Below, piece after piece: positions 31,655 through 42,009 of a DNA stretch of 64,000 nucleotides; position 1 is the stretch's first letter, and every line of letters begins with the position of its first letter. The notes beneath the pieces were generated by a model. It saw nothing but the letters and a program-made list of their open reading frames with translations, was not told the DNA's origin and ran no database searches. Source of the stretch: a plasmid; sequence record NZ_CP024444.1. One strand, given 5' to 3'. The position numbers and the translations under genes are program-made.

Positions 31655-31700
31655 CCATGTGCTTATAATAACGCTTTAACCGTGTATAATCAAGCGGTTT
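31655..31700 (-). promoter_or_regulatory. representative copy of the conserved sigma70-type promoter of the array (-35 TTGATT, 17-nt spacer, -10 TATTAT) bracketed by CGGTTAAACCG-like sites
   Basis: On the minus strand the sequence reads CGGTTAAACCGCTTGATTATACACGGTTAAAGCGTTATTATAAGCACATGG. The -10 is at 31663-31668 and the -35 at 31686-31691. The same block recurs upstream of about 35 genes with at most a few substitutions. Confidence 0.55.
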
Positions 31701-31895
31701 AACCGTGTTTTTACCCATTTTCCGATAAACGGTAAAAGCGTTTTTCGGGTCGGCTGACACGTTTCCCTCCAGGTAAGAATGTTTTTTTGATATAGCGATC
31801 GTTTGATATAGGCCATCACGCACGCCCAAACAGCGAGCCAAAAAAAACGCCTTACTATCAAGTAAAGCGTTGGGTGGGTGGGTCAAGGCTTATCG

Positions 31896-32939
31896 CTAAA
31901 TACCGTATTTGGACTTAAAAGTTTCAGTCGGAAAGTTGGTCATGACCTTGTCATGTTTGGCAGTCACCATGATTTGTGTATTAACGACAGTCACAAAACA
32001 TTCAATCGGTGGTGTGATGTATGCGCCTTGTTTTGGCATAGTGGTCGCTAACATGGGGTTGTCGGCATCTTCAACAAAACCACTAATACCACGGATGATT
32101 AACGTTTGACCACCATAAAAATCATCGTTGACCACATCAATCACTTCATAGTTTTGACATAAGCCCATTAATAGCCATTTTGAATAAGCACTGCTATAAC
32201 AAATGATATCACCCACCTGAAGTGACGGGTTTGATTGGGTGTTAAGTGATGGCTTGATAGCATGACCAAGTTCGACATATAAATCTGCCATTAATTTTAA
32301 AATCAAGTTTTGACCTTTGTATTCAATTACGCCACGATGGGTAAACAACACAAGCCCACGATGGGTACTAGCGGTGTTATAGGCAAATACCATAAACTCA
32401 CCATCACGGTAGACGCTTAACAATTCGCTATCAGCATAGTCAAGGTCGGTACAGATGTAGTTTTGGCGAGCAAGGTACAATGGGTCGTTTAAAAATGCGT
32501 TGGGGTCTTGGGGGTGTTGGGCAATATCAAGCACCGCTTTGTCAGTGGCTTTGTAGGCATCATGGAATGAATTGAGCATATTTTGGTCAAGGGTTTGGAC
32601 GTATTGTTCCATCTTAGTTTTGCAATCATATACCACATGGTAACTGCTCACCCATTCACCTTTATAAAAGGATGGATATTTACCACTATTGGGGTTTTCC
32701 ATCACCCAAATGGCGGTTTCTTTGCTGTATTTAATCTCGCTATTGGGTAAAAACATCGCTTTGGTTACGATAAAGCCGTTAGTGCCGTTTTGTCTGATTA
32801 ATGGCTTGATGCTATCAATGCGGTCTTGGATTTCATCAATCAGTTGGGCGTGGTCATGGCTTGTAATCACGCGCTTAGTAAGGTCGTAAAAACGTGGGAT
32901 TGATGTGTTTTGTGGTTTGAGTAAAACGATATCGCTCAT
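31896..32939 (-). CDS. family B paralog
   Basis: 347 aa with the shared motifs (LPNSE..., MVFAYN, QVGDII, IIRGISG). Confidence 0.55.
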   Translation of the reverse strand: MSDIVLLKPQNTSIPRFYDLTKRVITSHDHAQLIDEIQDRIDSIKPLIRQNGTNGFIVTKAMFLPNSEIKYSKETAIWVMENPNSGKYPSFYKGEWVSSYHVVYDCKTKMEQYVQTLDQNMLNSFHDAYKATDKAVLDIAQHPQDPNAFLNDPLYLARQNYICTDLDYADSELLSVYRDGEFMVFAYNTASTHRGLVLFTHRGVIEYKGQNLILKLMADLYVELGHAIKPSLNTQSNPSLQVGDIICYSSAYSKWLLMGLCQNYEVIDVVNDDFYGGQTLIIRGISGFVEDADNPMLATTMPKQGAYITPPIECFVTVVNTQIMVTAKHDKVMTNFPTETFKSKYGI

Positions 32940-33050
32940 GGGGTTATCCTTTTGGTTGGGGTCGGATGCGAGCCTATCTCGCTGTCCATGAGAGTATTAT
33001 AACGGTTTTACCGTGTATAATCAAGCGGTAAAACCGTTTTTTATGGTTAA

Positions 33051-34037
33051 TTAAGCCACTGCCGGATGATGGTTTGGGTGGGTACCATAAACATCAAGCA
33101 CATTTAAGGCGTGTCTTGTCCCTGCCAGTCCATTAAATATCACCACACCATCCGCGCCTGTGTACAAGCAGATATCAAGGGGTGCGCCAATATACTTACC
33201 GCGAATAGGTTGGAACTTTTTATCAAACATAATCGCTTGCATCTTGCCTGTCTGCATCTGCCCACTATTTGGCGTATCAAGGTGGGTGACTTCATAAAAA
33301 TGGGTATGAGAGCATTCGTCCATGGCATTGGCTAAAATCGTACCTATCTCAATTGGCTTGCTGTCATTGGCGTGGCTTAATGCCTTTTGGGTATCGACGT
33401 GGTCTTCAATCGCATCATATAGGTGCGCCATGACCAATAGAATACTATTCCACCCGTGATAAAAATAGGTGGCATGGGGCAAGCACAAGGCATAGCCTTT
33501 TTTGTGTTCTTCGGTGGTGGCAAACAATAAAATATCATCATCAAGCCAACTGCCAATTAACTCAACATAGCGAGCATTAAAATAGCTTTTTACGCCCTCT
33601 AAGCGATTGCTATACAATGGGTGCAAGTGGCTGTGGATGTGGTAGCCTTGCTTTTGGACAATGGCTTTGGTCTGTTCGCTTGCATCCTTGAGCCTTTCTT
33701 CAAAGTCAGTGATTTGCTGACGGTCACGCTCAAGCACGAATTGACGAGCCGACCACAACTCCCCAAAAAAGTAACTAGGCGTGGTGTATTCAGCATCAAG
33801 TAACGGGCAATCATTGCGTGACGTGAGCACATAACGCCCATTGTTATTGACCGATAGCAAACAAGGCGGCTGAAATAGCGTACCATCACAAAAATAGACG
33901 CCATCTTGAACGTGGCTTTTTTTGGTGACCCGTTGAAAAGGTTGTGAGCAAGTTTTGCTTAGTCCGCGCATTTCTTCGCATAGGGCTAGATGGTCGGTGC
34001 TGTGTACGATACTTTTCATCAAAACATATAAATTCAT
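33051..34037 (-). CDS. family B paralog (second gene of a two-gene unit)
   Basis: 328 aa. It has no full module of its own; the module lies upstream of the preceding 38-aa peptide gene. Confidence 0.5.
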   Translation of the reverse strand: MNLYVLMKSIVHSTDHLALCEEMRGLSKTCSQPFQRVTKKSHVQDGVYFCDGTLFQPPCLLSVNNNGRYVLTSRNDCPLLDAEYTTPSYFFGELWSARQFVLERDRQQITDFEERLKDASEQTKAIVQKQGYHIHSHLHPLYSNRLEGVKSYFNARYVELIGSWLDDDILLFATTEEHKKGYALCLPHATYFYHGWNSILLVMAHLYDAIEDHVDTQKALSHANDSKPIEIGTILANAMDECSHTHFYEVTHLDTPNSGQMQTGKMQAIMFDKKFQPIRGKYIGAPLDICLYTGADGVVIFNGLAGTRHALNVLDVYGTHPNHHPAVA

Positions 34038-34113
34038 GGCAATTATCCTATTGGTTTTAAGTGGTGGGTGGGCGGTAAGTGAGCCTTTCTCAACTAACCG
34101 TTAATCAGCATTA

Positions 34114-34230
34114 TTATTTTTTAAGCACGCGTTTAACACTGGGGGCGACTTTGCGTTGAGCCGTTCCCAAATAGCGATACATCATTAAAGACAATGGGTA
34201 AATAAAAGCACTGATTTGTAAAAAATTCAT
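34114..34230 (-). CDS. 38-aa hydrophobic peptide (MNFLQISAFIYPLSLMMYRYLGTAQRKVAPSVKRVLKK)
   Basis: Not in the ORF track. An ATG follows the conserved module and AAAAGGA RBS, and the peptide has a single transmembrane-like segment. Confidence 0.4.
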   Translation of the reverse strand: MNFLQISAFIYPLSLMMYRYLGTAQRKVAPSVKRVLKK

Positions 34231-34519
34231 GGCCGTTCCTTTTGGTTGGGTGATGGTAGCAAGCCTATCTCGCTGTCCATGTAGTTATAATAACGCTTTA
34301 ACCGTGTATAATCAAGCGGTTTAACCGTGTTTTTACCCATTTTCCGATAAACGGTAAAAGCGTTTTTCGGGTCGGCTGACACGTTTCCCTACAATTTACT
34401 ATCCTTGTACTAGCTATGGCTTGATGTAGATCAGCTCGCCTGCCTAACGCCTGCCAAAATCGGTACAAAAAAAGCCACAATACGATGATTGTAGCTTTGG
34501 GTGGGTGGGCGTGATGCGA

Positions 34520-35266
34520 CTAGGCGACTTGCTTTTTAGATGGCGTGATTTTTTTAAGCTGTTGCTCACTAAACGCGGTAGCGATGGCTAAAATTTCCTC
34601 TTTGAATTCTTCCCAAAACTCAATGGCGTAGTCATCCATATCAATGATTTCGTTACCATCAAAATTACGCCATTCTTCAATGCTATAACATTTACAGCCA
34701 ATGCGTAGCATATCGTCACATACGCTGATAAACCACTCATAGTTATACAGGCAAAGCAATTTTTTGGGTAATACGGTGCAATCTAACACGGTATAGTCAA
34801 AAACCGTTCGACGAATATCCGACTTCATCAAATTAGCTTCAGTTAAATTGGCACAGGTAAATTGCGTGGTGTCCAAATTGGTGTTGTTAAAGACCACCCA
34901 TTGAAAATTTGAACGGTATAAATTGGATTTGCTTAAATTCACATTGTCAAAAATTGCATGTTTAAAGTCGGCATTGGAAGCCACCACCATTGCCATATTC
35001 GCATTACTAAAGTCGGCATTGCCTGCCCTTGAGCCATTTAAATTGGCGTGAGTCATGTTGGCATGACTAAAATTAGCTTCAAACAGTTCGCAGTCGGTCA
35101 TAATAGCCCGTGATAAATTGGCACCGCTAAAATTTGCCTTGGATAAATCAACACTGGTAAAAATAGCACCAGCTAAGTTTTGACCGCTAAAGTCATAGCC
35201 TTGCAGGGTATCAGCATCGATAACTAGGTCGTCTTTCTTGCCAAAAAATTTAATGGTAATACTCAT
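34520..35266 (-). CDS. pentapeptide-repeat protein with conserved C-terminal RIGCxCY domain
   Basis: 248 aa with pentapeptide tandems and the C-terminus YEWFISVCDDMLRIGCKCYSIEEW. Confidence 0.75.
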   Translation of the reverse strand: MSITIKFFGKKDDLVIDADTLQGYDFSGQNLAGAIFTSVDLSKANFSGANLSRAIMTDCELFEANFSHANMTHANLNGSRAGNADFSNANMAMVVASNADFKHAIFDNVNLSKSNLYRSNFQWVVFNNTNLDTTQFTCANLTEANLMKSDIRRTVFDYTVLDCTVLPKKLLCLYNYEWFISVCDDMLRIGCKCYSIEEWRNFDGNEIIDMDDYAIEFWEEFKEEILAIATAFSEQQLKKITPSKKQVA

Positions 35267-35604
35267 GGGTGTGTCCTTTTGGTTGGGGGTCGGAATTGAG
35301 CCTATCTCGTTTCCATGATGCTATTATAACGGTTTTAGCGTGTTTAATATAACGGTTTTAGCGTTTATTTATCGATTTTCCGATAAACGGTTTTAACGTT
35401 CACCACGCCCACCACCCACCTACCCCGACCCTTAGTCATGCTTGCCTTAGAGTTCGCTTGCGCTAGGTGCATCCTTGCTACCGGATAAAACCATCGCCAA
35501 AAAAAATGCTATACAGGTGTATAGCATTGACTGGTGTGACTAAGCTTCATTAGACTAGACGGCATCAGGCATGTCATGACTGCCGTATGGGTTGGCATAG
35601 TCAG

Positions 35605-36432
35605 TTAGCTGACTTGTTTTTGTCCCTGAAAGATGCTCACGCCCATACCGACATCGTCATGTTTTTGTTGATATAAGCCGTCTTTAAATTGGTAGTCTTT
35701 TTCATACGAATGGTAGAAAGCACAGGCGATTTCGAGTATTTCATATTTATGCCAACGCCAAAACGATAAGGCTTCATCGCCCATATTCTCAATTTGCTCT
35801 GCGTTAAAGTCTTTCCATTGTTTGATGGTATGACACTGGCATCCAATACGGATGGTATCGGCACAAATAAAAATTGGCCAGTTGTAATGATACAAAAACA
35901 TCACCTTAAAAGGAAATAAGGCGGTCATGATGTTTGTTCCCCAAAAAATAGCGTAGCGGATGTCTGCTTGCTGAAAGTCGGCACAGCTAATAGTGGCGTT
36001 AAAAAAATTGGTTGCTAGTAAATCTGCCTTATCAAAACTTGCTTGCACAAGACTTGCGCCCGTGAATTGGGCATACTGACAGTTGGCATCATGAAAATTA
36101 CTAAAATTAAAATTGGCATGACTGGCATGAATGCTTTTGAGATTGGCGTGTTTAAAGCGTCCCTTCAGTAGCGTTGCGCTAGTAAAATTAGCCCCTTGTA
36201 AATCAGCGTTTTCAAAATTGACATGATTTAACGTCGCCTTATCAAAACGCGCATACTGTAAATTGCATCCGCTAAAATTGGCATTGGTTAAGTCCATGCC
36301 GATAAAGTCAGCACCTTGTAAATTGGCACCGCTAAAATCATGCCCCACAAGACTGTCGCCCTCGATGGTTGCAAGGATGGCTTTTGATTTGAAGGAATTA
36401 TGCGTAAGGTAGCTTTGAATTTCGATGGTCAT
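35605..36432 (-). CDS. pentapeptide-repeat protein with conserved C-terminal RIGCQCH domain
   Basis: 275 aa with pentapeptide tandems and the C-terminus ICADTIRIGCQCHTIKQW. Confidence 0.75.
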   Translation of the reverse strand: MTIEIQSYLTHNSFKSKAILATIEGDSLVGHDFSGANLQGADFIGMDLTNANFSGCNLQYARFDKATLNHVNFENADLQGANFTSATLLKGRFKHANLKSIHASHANFNFSNFHDANCQYAQFTGASLVQASFDKADLLATNFFNATISCADFQQADIRYAIFWGTNIMTALFPFKVMFLYHYNWPIFICADTIRIGCQCHTIKQWKDFNAEQIENMGDEALSFWRWHKYEILEIACAFYHSYEKDYQFKDGLYQQKHDDVGMGVSIFQGQKQVS

Positions 36433-36737
36433 ACTTTTATCCTTTTGGTTGGGTGTTGGAATTGAGCCTTTCTCGTTTCCATGATGCTATTATAACGGTT
36501 TTAGCGTGTTTAATATAGCTGTTTAACCGTGTTTTTACTCATTTTCCGACGAACGGTAAAACCGTTTTTAGGTTGGCTGGCACGTTTCCCCGTACTTAAT
36601 GACCCTTGTACTAGCCATATCTTGAGATATGTACTAGCCATATCTTGAGATAGCCGATCGGCACCGACTGCCGTTTGTTAGCCATCAGCCACAAAAAAGC
36701 ATGGTGTGGTTACCATGCTTGGGCATATCAAGTCATC

Positions 36738-37736
36738 TTAGCGTGGGACGGCTTCAACTACCCTTAATCGGGCATTGTACAGCAAAAGCGACTGCTGACT
36801 ATCTACTTTTAAATAACCGTTGACGTGTTTGGCAATACAAGCAATCTCACTGCCTAAAAATGCATTGGTGATTGGATTGTTTAGGCTGTCATAGGCAATA
36901 CAGCGCAGTTTAATGGCGTTGCCTTGTTTGCTGATGTTCTCGCCTACTTGGGTGATTTGGTAGTATTGGCTCGGGTTGGTGTTGTTAAACCGTTCAAGTC
37001 TTACAATACTACCGACACCGATATCTAGCATATTTTCCGGTTGTTGGTTGTTGTAAAGAAATAATTTGGCGGTTTCACAAAAACCATAGAGTTTGCTCAT
37101 GACGTCTAAAATGCTATTAAGTCCATAGCTTAAATACATACTGTTGTCGCCATACAGCGCATAGCCTTGTGAATAGCTTTCTTTGGTGGGCGTGGTGCAA
37201 GCAAATAGCATGATGGTATCATTGGCATAACTGCCGATAAGTTCAGCTTGCGTATTTTGAAAATACTGCTTGGTGAATGCTAAACGTGGGGCATGCAGTG
37301 GGTGAGCTTGGCTTTGCTCGCTCACCTGGTTGTTTTGTGCCAAGTTGCGCACGTCTTTACTGGCGTTTTCATACGCAAATTGAAAGCATCCGATTGCGCT
37401 TAAATCATCACATTTGATACGCAACAGGGCAATTTCTTCGCTCAAAAAGCGGTGATTTTTTTGTAGCTCGGTACAATCGATTAAATACTCGCCATTGATG
37501 GGTTGTACGGTGTAAAAATCTTCTTCCCCCACGACATTACTACGCTCAAGGGTTGTGATAGGCTGTAACAAGGTGGGCGTGGTGACAAAACCGGATGCAG
37601 TTTTTTCGATGGTGGCACGGTGCTGTTTCTCAAGCTTGAATAACTGCTTAATGAGTGCCGAATGATTATCGCTTGCCATGACAAGACGCATGACTTGTTC
37701 AGGGGTGATAGGGGCTTGGGTGCTATGGCTTGGCAT
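36738..37736 (-). CDS. family B paralog
   Basis: Start reassigned to MPSHSTQAPI (ATG at 37734-37736, after AAAAGGA). The ORF track extends 95 codons upstream through the module. Confidence 0.55.
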   Translation of the reverse strand: MPSHSTQAPITPEQVMRLVMASDNHSALIKQLFKLEKQHRATIEKTASGFVTTPTLLQPITTLERSNVVGEEDFYTVQPINGEYLIDCTELQKNHRFLSEEIALLRIKCDDLSAIGCFQFAYENASKDVRNLAQNNQVSEQSQAHPLHAPRLAFTKQYFQNTQAELIGSYANDTIMLFACTTPTKESYSQGYALYGDNSMYLSYGLNSILDVMSKLYGFCETAKLFLYNNQQPENMLDIGVGSIVRLERFNNTNPSQYYQITQVGENISKQGNAIKLRCIAYDSLNNPITNAFLGSEIACIAKHVNGYLKVDSQQSLLLYNARLRVVEAVPR

Positions 37737-38045
37737 AATCTTTTTCCTTTTGGTTGGGGTCGGATGTGAGCCTATCTCACAATCCATGTGCTTATAATAA
37801 CGCTTTAACCGTGTATAATAAAGCGGTATTAGCGTTTTTCTACCCATTTTCCGATGAACGGTAAAAGCGTTTTTAAAGTCGGCTGGCACGTTTCCCTGTA
37901 CTTTAGGGGGTTTACCTGATTTAGTGATAGCTTGGGCTAATACTGGGTTAGTAGGCTTGGTCGCAGCGGTATGCCAATCGGCATTAAAAGCTTGGGCAAC
38001 AAAAAACCCATGCACTGGCACGGGTTTGTTTGGGTGGGCGTGGGG

Positions 38046-38165
38046 TTACATTCTGGCACAGCGAAACACATAATAAATCACGGCAATGAATAATACCAAA
38101 ACAACGTTGCTGTCAAATAAAGACATAATGGCATTAAAGGCTTCGAGTTGTGATGAATATTGCAT
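38046..38165 (-). CDS. 39-aa hydrophobic peptide (MQYSSQLEAFNAIMSLFDSNVVLVLFIAVIYYVFRCARM)
   Basis: Not in the ORF track. It has its own full conserved module (38170-38300) and one predicted transmembrane helix. Confidence 0.4.
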   Translation of the reverse strand: MQYSSQLEAFNAIMSLFDSNVVLVLFIAVIYYVFRCARM

Positions 38166-38501
38166 ATTTTTTCCTTTTGGGTTGGGTGTAGGAATTGAGC
38201 CTTTCTCGTTTCCATGATGCTATTATAACGGTTTAACCGTGTATAATCAAGCGGTATTAGCGTGTATCTATGGTTTTCCGACGAACGGTAAAACCGTTTT
38301 ATCGGGCAAATCCTAGCCCGACCGCCCTAAAATTCATGTTATTTACTTGCGTTAGTGATAGTTTGACTTAGGGTGCACCAGCCACAGATGCACTAGCCGC
38401 GCCTGTTGCCCAGCTTGCCAGCAAAAAAACCACCAACCGATTTGGCGGTCAGTGGTCGGGCAGAATTTACTAGCTTGGATAGCCGCTAAAATTGCCTGTG
38501 C

Positions 38502-39515
38502 TTAGTGTGCGTTAGGCTCATACTTGGCAAGTTCAGTAATGCCACCAAGCGTACTGCCAGCAAATGGCATTAGGTAGCAAGCAATATAGCCTTCACGATA
38601 TAGGTGGACATACGCATTCATTTTGGGCGAAATCATACTATTTTTAACAGGCAGGGATTTGTCGTCATGCAAGATAGCGCGTAGGGTTATCATAACGGCT
38701 TGTTTGTTTAATGTGGGACTTACCTCTACCACCCGGTAGTAACGATAACAGCGGATGTTGAGATTGCGAAAATCTTCAAAAATATCACCCACCTGTACCA
38801 GCTTTTGAAATGGCGCATTTTCAATAATCACCGCAGCTGCGATGACTTGGTACAATCGGCACATGACGGTAAAACAATGTTGCAACCCACTAAAAAACTC
38901 GATGCCATCAGCATGGCATAGGGTGAAACCAGGGTAATCATGATTGGCGGTCATAAATACCATAATCGATCCATCCAAATAGCTACCCACCAAATTGGTA
39001 ACATTCATATTTTGCGCTGAAAAATAACGTTCAGCAATTTTTAGTCGTCCATCATGCAAGGTATCTAGCACCGACGTCACTTCGCTGGCATGATTGTTCT
39101 GAATTGCCATTATGGTTGCATCATACGCCTTGTTATACGCATCTTTAAACTCTTGGATGGCGTTATGGTCGGTTTCTTTCACATATTTTTTAGCCTGTGC
39201 CAACGACTCAAAGTAACGATACGGTTTAGAGTCGATGCGACTTATTGAGTACATATACGCTCGCCAGTCCGTCTTGCCCATCCATTGTTTTTTAATGTTG
39301 TCACGGTTTAGGGTGAATGGTGGCAGTAATAACGTACCGCTACAGACATAATCACTCCCCTGTTTGGTAAGATTGTAATCATACGCTTGGGTGGCACTTT
39401 GCAAGTCTTCAATCAATTCATCATGGTTGCGACTGGAAAATAAAGCGACACACAGGTCAACTAAGGTAGCAAAACCTTTGGTGGTTGCCGCGGCTTGGGC
39501 AATGGCAGTAGACAT
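38502..39515 (-). CDS. family B paralog
   Basis: Start reassigned to MSTAIAQ (ATG at 39513-39515). Shared motifs are GTLLLPPFT, IMVFMTA and QVGDIFED. Confidence 0.55.
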   Translation of the reverse strand: MSTAIAQAAATTKGFATLVDLCVALFSSRNHDELIEDLQSATQAYDYNLTKQGSDYVCSGTLLLPPFTLNRDNIKKQWMGKTDWRAYMYSISRIDSKPYRYFESLAQAKKYVKETDHNAIQEFKDAYNKAYDATIMAIQNNHASEVTSVLDTLHDGRLKIAERYFSAQNMNVTNLVGSYLDGSIMVFMTANHDYPGFTLCHADGIEFFSGLQHCFTVMCRLYQVIAAAVIIENAPFQKLVQVGDIFEDFRNLNIRCYRYYRVVEVSPTLNKQAVMITLRAILHDDKSLPVKNSMISPKMNAYVHLYREGYIACYLMPFAGSTLGGITELAKYEPNAH

Positions 39516-39879
39516 AATTTTTATCCTTTTGGTCGGGGTCGGACGCAAGCCTATCTCGCTATCCATATAGCTATAATAACGGTTTAACCGTGTATAATCA
39601 AGCGGTTTAACCGTGTTTTTACCCGTTTTCCGATAAACGGTAAAACCGTTTTTCGGGTCGGCTGACACGTTCCCCCGTACTTTAGGATGCTTTTTTTGAT
39701 GTAGTAATAACTTGGTTTAGATCGGTTCACTCGCCCATCGACGACAACTTGCCAGCAACAGGCAATAAAAAACCCACTGTCATGTGACAGTGGGGGGATT
39801 TTCCCAACCACGAGAAAACTAGAAAATTCGGTAATATTTAGCTTGCCAGCATCGCCAGCTGTGGACTTATCGCTTCAAT

Positions 39880-40269
39880 TTAGTTAAACGCTTGGGCAAT
39901 CTTAGTGCCACGGGTGTTAATTTCTTGTTCGATGTCGCTAACTATCTTGGTAATTGATACATTGCCACCGTTATTAAAGACACGCAGATTGTCTTTTAAC
40001 TCGTCGAAACTACTTTCAATATAAAATTTGCCATCTTGCCAAGCGATGTCAATGTTGAACGCTTTATTGCCAACAATCACCAAAACGTGCGATTTATAAC
40101 GCCCTGTACGTGTCTTAACCGTTTTTCGCTCAATTTTAAATACGACGTTCACATAACTGCCGTTTGGCAAACACACGGTAGAGTCAACCAGGTTTGGGTT
40201 ATCAATGAGTTTACCCTTCACTTTGATTTTGCGTAGGCTGTCGATACTAAAAACTGGAATAGTTGACAT
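39880..40269 (-). CDS. hypothetical protein
   Basis: The true start MSTIPVFS follows the RBS. The track's upstream 28 codons are leader translation. Confidence 0.45.
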   Translation of the reverse strand: MSTIPVFSIDSLRKIKVKGKLIDNPNLVDSTVCLPNGSYVNVVFKIERKTVKTRTGRYKSHVLVIVGNKAFNIDIAWQDGKFYIESSFDELKDNLRVFNNGGNVSITKIVSDIEQEINTRGTKIAQAFN

Positions 40270-40525
40270 ACATTTTCCTGTGGGTTGGGTGCCGGAATTG
40301 AGCCTATCTCGTTTCCATGATGTTATTATAACGGTTTTAGCGTGTAAATGCAAGCGGTTTAACCGTTTATTTAATAATATTTAGTACGCCAGCTCATTGA
40401 CGTATCAAGCATGGATTGATAACACCCGTATTTACTAGGTCAGTATGATAATTAATTGCGTTACCACCATGCCAAAAATTAAAAGGACTGCAATAGCAGT
40501 CCTAGTGTTTGATTAGATGCGATGA

Positions 40526-41044
40526 CTATAACGACATGCCGAGTGCATCATGTACGCTGTTAGTGATGATTTTCATCATGTCGGGGTTTTTGCTAATTTC
40601 TCTTAGGATGTTGCTAACCATGGTTTCCTGTAAATCGATTTCAGGATGCTCACCATCATATAAGATAAATTGCAAATCGGCATCATTTTGCAAGGCTTCA
40701 GGGATTTCAAAACGGATGATATTGTCTTCGTTTAACTCCACCATAGAAGTACCCACTGGAACATAGCTCAATTCATTGACGTCACGTAACATATCGTCGA
40801 TTAGCGAATTGGTAAGGTCTATGAATGGGATAAAATCAGGAAGGGCTTGTACACACGCCACAAAATGAATCTCTATACCTGACTCGGTGACAAGGTTTAA
40901 CTCCATAATACGACGGGCAATGACATGGTCAAAACCATACGGGCGTGCTTCAGGAATGATACCTTTAAAGCGAGTGTAGCTGTCAATTGACGTCACAGTC
41001 AGTTTGGCGTTGCTTAAATTGTCGATGATGTCTTGGATAGTCAT
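40526..41044 (-). CDS. family C paralog (unknown function)
   Basis: 172 aa, colinear with 49150-49680 (...LTVTSID...HPEIDLQE...). Confidence 0.5.
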   Translation of the reverse strand: MTIQDIIDNLSNAKLTVTSIDSYTRFKGIIPEARPYGFDHVIARRIMELNLVTESGIEIHFVACVQALPDFIPFIDLTNSLIDDMLRDVNELSYVPVGTSMVELNEDNIIRFEIPEALQNDADLQFILYDGEHPEIDLQETMVSNILREISKNPDMMKIITNSVHDALGMSL

Positions 41045-41344
41045 ATTTTTTCCTTTTGGTTGGGTGTAGGAATTGAGCCTTTCTCGTTTCCATGTAGTTA
41101 TAATAACGGTTTAACCGTGCATAGTCAAGCGGTTTAACCGTGTTTTTACCCATTTTCCGACGAACGGTAAAAGCGTTTTTCGGGTCGGCTGGCACGTTTC
41201 CCCATACGTTACGATGCTTTTTTTGCATTAGTGATAACTTGATATAGGATGTTGCCGAGCGTACCCATAAGGCATGCCAAACCTACCTGTCAAAGCAAAA
41301 AACCCTAGTCTTTGGCTAGGGTCTTAATTGTGGGGTTTAAGTGC

Positions 41345-41719
41345 TTAGGCGGCATTTAGGTAGGTTGCATAGATTTGGCTTAAGGTGGTTGGCTTAAAGT
41401 CTAAGTCAAGTTTCATGCTGTCGATTTCACAAAGTTCAACCAAGCTAATATAACCAAGCTCGCTAGGCCAATTGTGCAAACGCACTAAACCGAATGCTTG
41501 ATATTGTGGCTCTTCCATGTCTTTTTCAGTGATGAACCAATGGCAAGTATAACCGTTTGGTGTTTCAACCATGTAATGCAAGTGTGCCACCGCTTCATCG
41601 CCTAGCCCGTCTTGCTCATAGGTTTTTGGCATGGTGTCAAAGATTTCGTCAATTTTGGCTTTTTGCTCTTCAGTCAGTGCGTTTAATTGGCGTGGTGGTA
41701 CATAAGCTGAATTTTTCAT
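41345..41719 (-). CDS. hypothetical protein
   Basis: About 124 aa from MKNSAYVPP. The module lies upstream. Confidence 0.45.
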   Translation of the reverse strand: MKNSAYVPPRQLNALTEEQKAKIDEIFDTMPKTYEQDGLGDEAVAHLHYMVETPNGYTCHWFITEKDMEEPQYQAFGLVRLHNWPSELGYISLVELCEIDSMKLDLDFKPTTLSQIYATYLNAA

Positions 41720-42009
41720 AATCTTTTCCTTTTGGGTTGGGTTTAGGAATTGAGCCTTTCTCGTTTCCATGTGCTTATAATAACGGTTTTAGCGTGTATA
41801 ATCAAGCGGTTTTAGCGTTTATTTGATGATTTCCCGACGAACGGTAAAAGCGTTTTTTGGGAATGACTGACCTGTTCGCCCCATATGTCAGGGTGTTTTT
41901 TTTGCATTAGTGATGGCTTGATTTAGACCAGCTGGCTTACCGCCAAACGTTGGCGACAAAAAAACCTTGCAAGCTGTGCAAGCAAGGTCTTAATAATTTC
42001 ACTGGCTGG

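Noticed and set aside
31655-31700. Plus-strand TGTATAAT (perfect -10) inside each module as a divergent promoter
   Set aside because: There is no matching -35 at 17 bp and nothing is encoded downstream on the plus strand. It is most likely a by-product of the TTGATTATACA sequence that forms the minus-strand -35.
40983-41228. Short ORFs beginning METRKAQF... or containing GKNTVKPLDYTRLKRYY (also 31644-31886, 34298-34480, 39584-39811, 47968-48153, 49593-49943, 55823-56032) and N-terminal extensions of several array genes
   Set aside because: These are translations of the conserved promoter/leader module itself. The same peptide appears wherever the module occurs. The true starts are the ATGs that follow the AAAAGGA Shine-Dalgarno.
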